Made by a program: the position numbers and the translations under genes
Notes under the pieces: model-generated
What the model was told of the DNA's origin: nothing
Seen by the model: the letters and a program-made list of their open reading frames with translations, nothing else
The model's database searches: none
Source of the DNA: Macrostomum hystrix
Taxonomy: Eukaryota; Animalia; Platyhelminthes
Assembly (NCBI GenBank): GCA_950097015.1
Contig: CATNEN010000012.1
Span: 1,488,001 to 1,552,000 of the forward strand
Reading direction: 5' to 3'
Length of the DNA: 64,000 nucleotides
In this document: one piece after another, positions 62,201 through 64,000 of the stretch
Layout: each line of letters begins with the position of its first letter
Numbering within the stretch: the first letter of the stretch is position 1

Positions 62201-63992
62201 ACCAGTGCTACTCAAAATCTGCTGTCTCAAAAACTGGTGCTCAAACCAGTGCTACTCAAAATCTGCCGTCTCAAAAACTGGTGCTCAAACCAGTGCTACT
62301 CAAAATCTGCTGTCTCAAAAACTGGTGCTCAAACCAGTGCTACTCGAAATCTGCTGTCTCAAAAACTGTGCTCAAACTCTAAATAATCGCTATTTTAAAA
62401 CCCCCTCACGCGAAATGAATGTTAGCTTACCAGACTTGGCGCGTGCTAAATCCTGGCCAGAAAATTAAGCAGTCTGAGCTTAATTTTCGACAAATTTCGG
62501 TCACCACTCACTGCAGGCGCACTGGAGAAGAAGATTACAAAGAAGTACGGCGATTATCCGAAGCAGATTAGCGAAATGCTTTGCAAGGCAATTTCAATTA
62601 ACAGCGGCTACACGTCCAGGATTTTGGTGAGCGAGGCTCAACTAGTTTATCCTCTCCTGTGTGTTTCCACAGCTCCCTAGCTTTCACACACTCTCGCCTC
62701 AAGGGACTCGGCGGCTGGCTTGATTAATACTTATTCCCAATTCTTTGTGGCACCCCAAGAGTCTCTGCGGCGAAGGAATTATAGGGAAAATGCGATGAAA
62801 GGGTGGGATGGAAAGGCGACCGATTAGTCCAACATCGCAAAGCAGAAATTTCCAGTCAATCTTAAATTTCGATTTGACAAGTAATAAGTAAAACCGAAAC
62901 CTAATGGACAGGTGACTGGATTATCAAAGAATTGGAAAGCGAAAAATGCGGTTATGACTTTGTTTAATCATTGAAACGATTAGAAAGCTTGTCGAAATGT
63001 CGCTACAGTGACAAGGCTTACTTTTCACAAGGCTTAAATCTTAAAGCTACCAGAATCACCAGGCAGAAACACCCCAGAAACGATGCCCTGAAGCTACCAG
63101 AATCACCAGGCAGAAACACCCCAGAAACGATTCCCTGAAGCTACCAGAATCACCAGGCAGAAACACCCCAGAAACGATTGCCTGAAGCTACCAGAATCAC
63201 CAGGCAGAAACACCCCAGAAACGATTCCCTGAAGCTACCAGAATCACCAGGCAGAAACACACCAGAAACGATTCCCTGAAGCTACCAGAATCACCAGGCA
63301 GAAACACCCCAGAAACGATTCCCTGAAGCTACCAGAATCACCAGGCAGAAACACCCCAGAAACGATGCCCTGAAGCTACCAGAATCACCAGGCAGAAACA
63401 CCCCAGAAACGATTCCCTGAAGCTACCAGAATCACCAGGCAGAAACACACCAGAAACGATTCCCTGAAGCTACCAGAATCAACAGGCAGAAACACCCTAG
63501 AAACGATGCTCTGAAACTCCCACCTGCGCTCTGCAGCCCGCCGAGAAGGCAAACGAGTTCGCCAAGCAGGTTGGCAACAAGACCGAGTGCGCCCTGCTGG
63601 GGCTTGTTCTCGAGCTCGGTCGCAATTATGACGACTACCGACGCGACGTACCGGAGGAGGCCATCCACAAGATCTACACGTTTAACTCGGTGCGCAAGTC
63701 CATGACAACCGTCATCAAGCGGCCTGGAGGTGGCTATATCCTATTCTGCAAGGGCGCCTCCGAGATGGTCATGAGCAAGTGCGCTTTCATCCTTGACGCC
63801 CAGGGCCAGCCGAGGCAGTTCGGCAAGCCGGAGCAGGAGCAGATTGTCCGCCAGGTGATCGAACCGATGGCCTGCGACGGCCTGCGCACCATCGGCATCG
63901 CCTTCAAGGAGTTCGTGCCTCGCGGCTCCGGCCAGCTCGGGCCCAACGAGGTTCCACTGGATGGCGAACCGGACTGGGATAACGAGGAGCAG
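49925..63992 (+). CDS. ATP2B: Plasma membrane Ca2+-transporting ATPase (P2B), N-terminal half; continues beyond the window
   Basis: Exons 49925-50087, 54486-54659, 55192-55578, 57242-57418, [57536-57553], [60657-60668], 61342-61878, 62517-62626 and 63537-63992. Motifs: [13 protein letters not shown]...[84 protein letters not shown] and MACDGLRTI. Confidence 0.96.
50122..50578 (+). mobile_element. hAT-type MITE copy 3 (right end truncated) with ~290-bp internal minisatellite
   Basis: Left end CTGGGGTCGGCAAG...GACGACAGCGGGCCGCAT, then (GAGACACGGGATAGAT)n, then GGGCAACGGGC...GAGCTTCGAGGGCCGCATC; the right TIR is absent. Confidence 0.85.
51587..51713. repeat. Interrupted (CTG)n tract followed by (TG)n
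   Basis: Directly visible. The (TG)n tract is the LINE 3' tail when read on the minus strand. Confidence 0.95.
51714..52890 (-). mobile_element. 5'-truncated non-LTR retrotransposon (I-group/Ingi-like): RT C-terminus, RNase H and CCHC finger
   Basis: [17 protein letters not shown] (after a frameshift), [14 protein letters not shown]...[20 protein letters not shown], RNase H IYTDGS...E...SDS...[18 protein letters not shown], and CNRC...[10 protein letters not shown]. The stop at 51721 is followed by 7 nt and (CA)n. The clade is assigned from recalled motifs. Confidence 0.88.
52891..53342. repeat. ~450-bp interrupted (CTG)n/(CAG)n microsatellite
   Basis: Directly visible, with CTA, CTT and GGTA interruptions. 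Confidence 0.98.
54678..55152. repeat. 23-bp (GGGTGATGATTGCAGGGAGTGAA) array grading into a 21-bp (GGGGTGATTGCAGGGATTGAA) array, filling a PMCA intron
   Basis: Tandem units between the donor at 54660 and the acceptor at 55191. Confidence 0.95.
55597..55835. repeat. 18-bp (GACTGACAGAATGACACT) array followed by a 17-bp (ATTTACAGAATACACTG) array
   Basis: Starts about 18 nt after the donor at 55579. Confidence 0.93.
56810..57177. repeat. 75-bp minisatellite x~4.7
   Basis: AATATGTCACATTC recurs at 56881, 56956 and 57031. Confidence 0.93.
57790..58698. repeat. 34-bp pyrimidine-rich minisatellite (CTTCTAATCTCCCTCATTACTCTCTCTGACCCAT) x~26
   Basis: Near-perfect tandem units. Confidence 0.97.
59310..59702. 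repeat. 29-bp purine-rich minisatellite (GGAGAGATAGGGTAAAGAGGGAGCGTGGA) x~13
   Basis: Near-perfect tandem units. Confidence 0.95.
61000..61314. repeat. 25-bp minisatellite (TGCTGACACAGTGCCTCAGACACTC) x~12
   Basis: Ends about 27 nt before the acceptor at 61341. Confidence 0.96.
61897..62376. repeat. 44-bp minisatellite (TGCTACTCAAAATCTGCTGTCTCAAAAACTGGTGCTCAAACCAG) x~11
   Basis: Starts about 18 nt after the donor at 61879. Confidence 0.96.
63044..63515. repeat. 47-bp minisatellite (GAAGCTACCAGAATCACCAGGCAGAAACACCCCAGAAACGATTCCCT) x~10
   Basis: Ends about 20 nt before the acceptor at 63536. Confidence 0.96.
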
Positions 63993-64000
63993 GTAAATTG

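Noticed and set aside
61879-62468. PMCA ORF read-through into the 44-bp array
   Set aside because: The donor at 61879 and the exon at 62517 give the expected PMCA continuation.

Overview
Intron-rich animal genomic DNA. GC-rich exons, AT-rich spacers and a different minisatellite in most introns suggest a flatworm such as Macrostomum, which is an inference and not proven. I reconstructed six protein-coding genes by hand from GT-AG splice sites and protein motifs: the 3' end of midasin (MDN1, +), an INPP5K/J-type inositol 5-phosphatase with two SKICH-like domains (+), a cytosolic-type NADP-isocitrate dehydrogenase (IDH1-like, -), a divergent UFD1-like gene (+), a divergent homeobox gene (-) and the 5' half of a plasma-membrane Ca2+-ATPase (PMCA/ATP2B, +). 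The dominant structure is a 34/39/18-bp purine-rich satellite (about 10.3 kb plus 2.2 kb). It fills the last IDH intron and accompanies a tandem duplication of the IDH terminal exon and 3' UTR. Its motif resembles the internal minisatellite of a hAT-type MITE present in three copies. The window also holds two tRNA-derived SINE families (one CORE-like), a Gypsy integrase plus LTR remnant, and an RT/RNase H LINE fragment inserted in a (CAG)n tract. Other leads are two candidate PMCA site-A microexons (18 and 12 nt) and an intronic sequence with HDV-ribozyme-like topology but a non-canonical L3. The giant ORFs in the track are repeat artefacts. No clearly new biological system can be established from the sequence alone, and all family assignments come from recalled motifs, not database searches.
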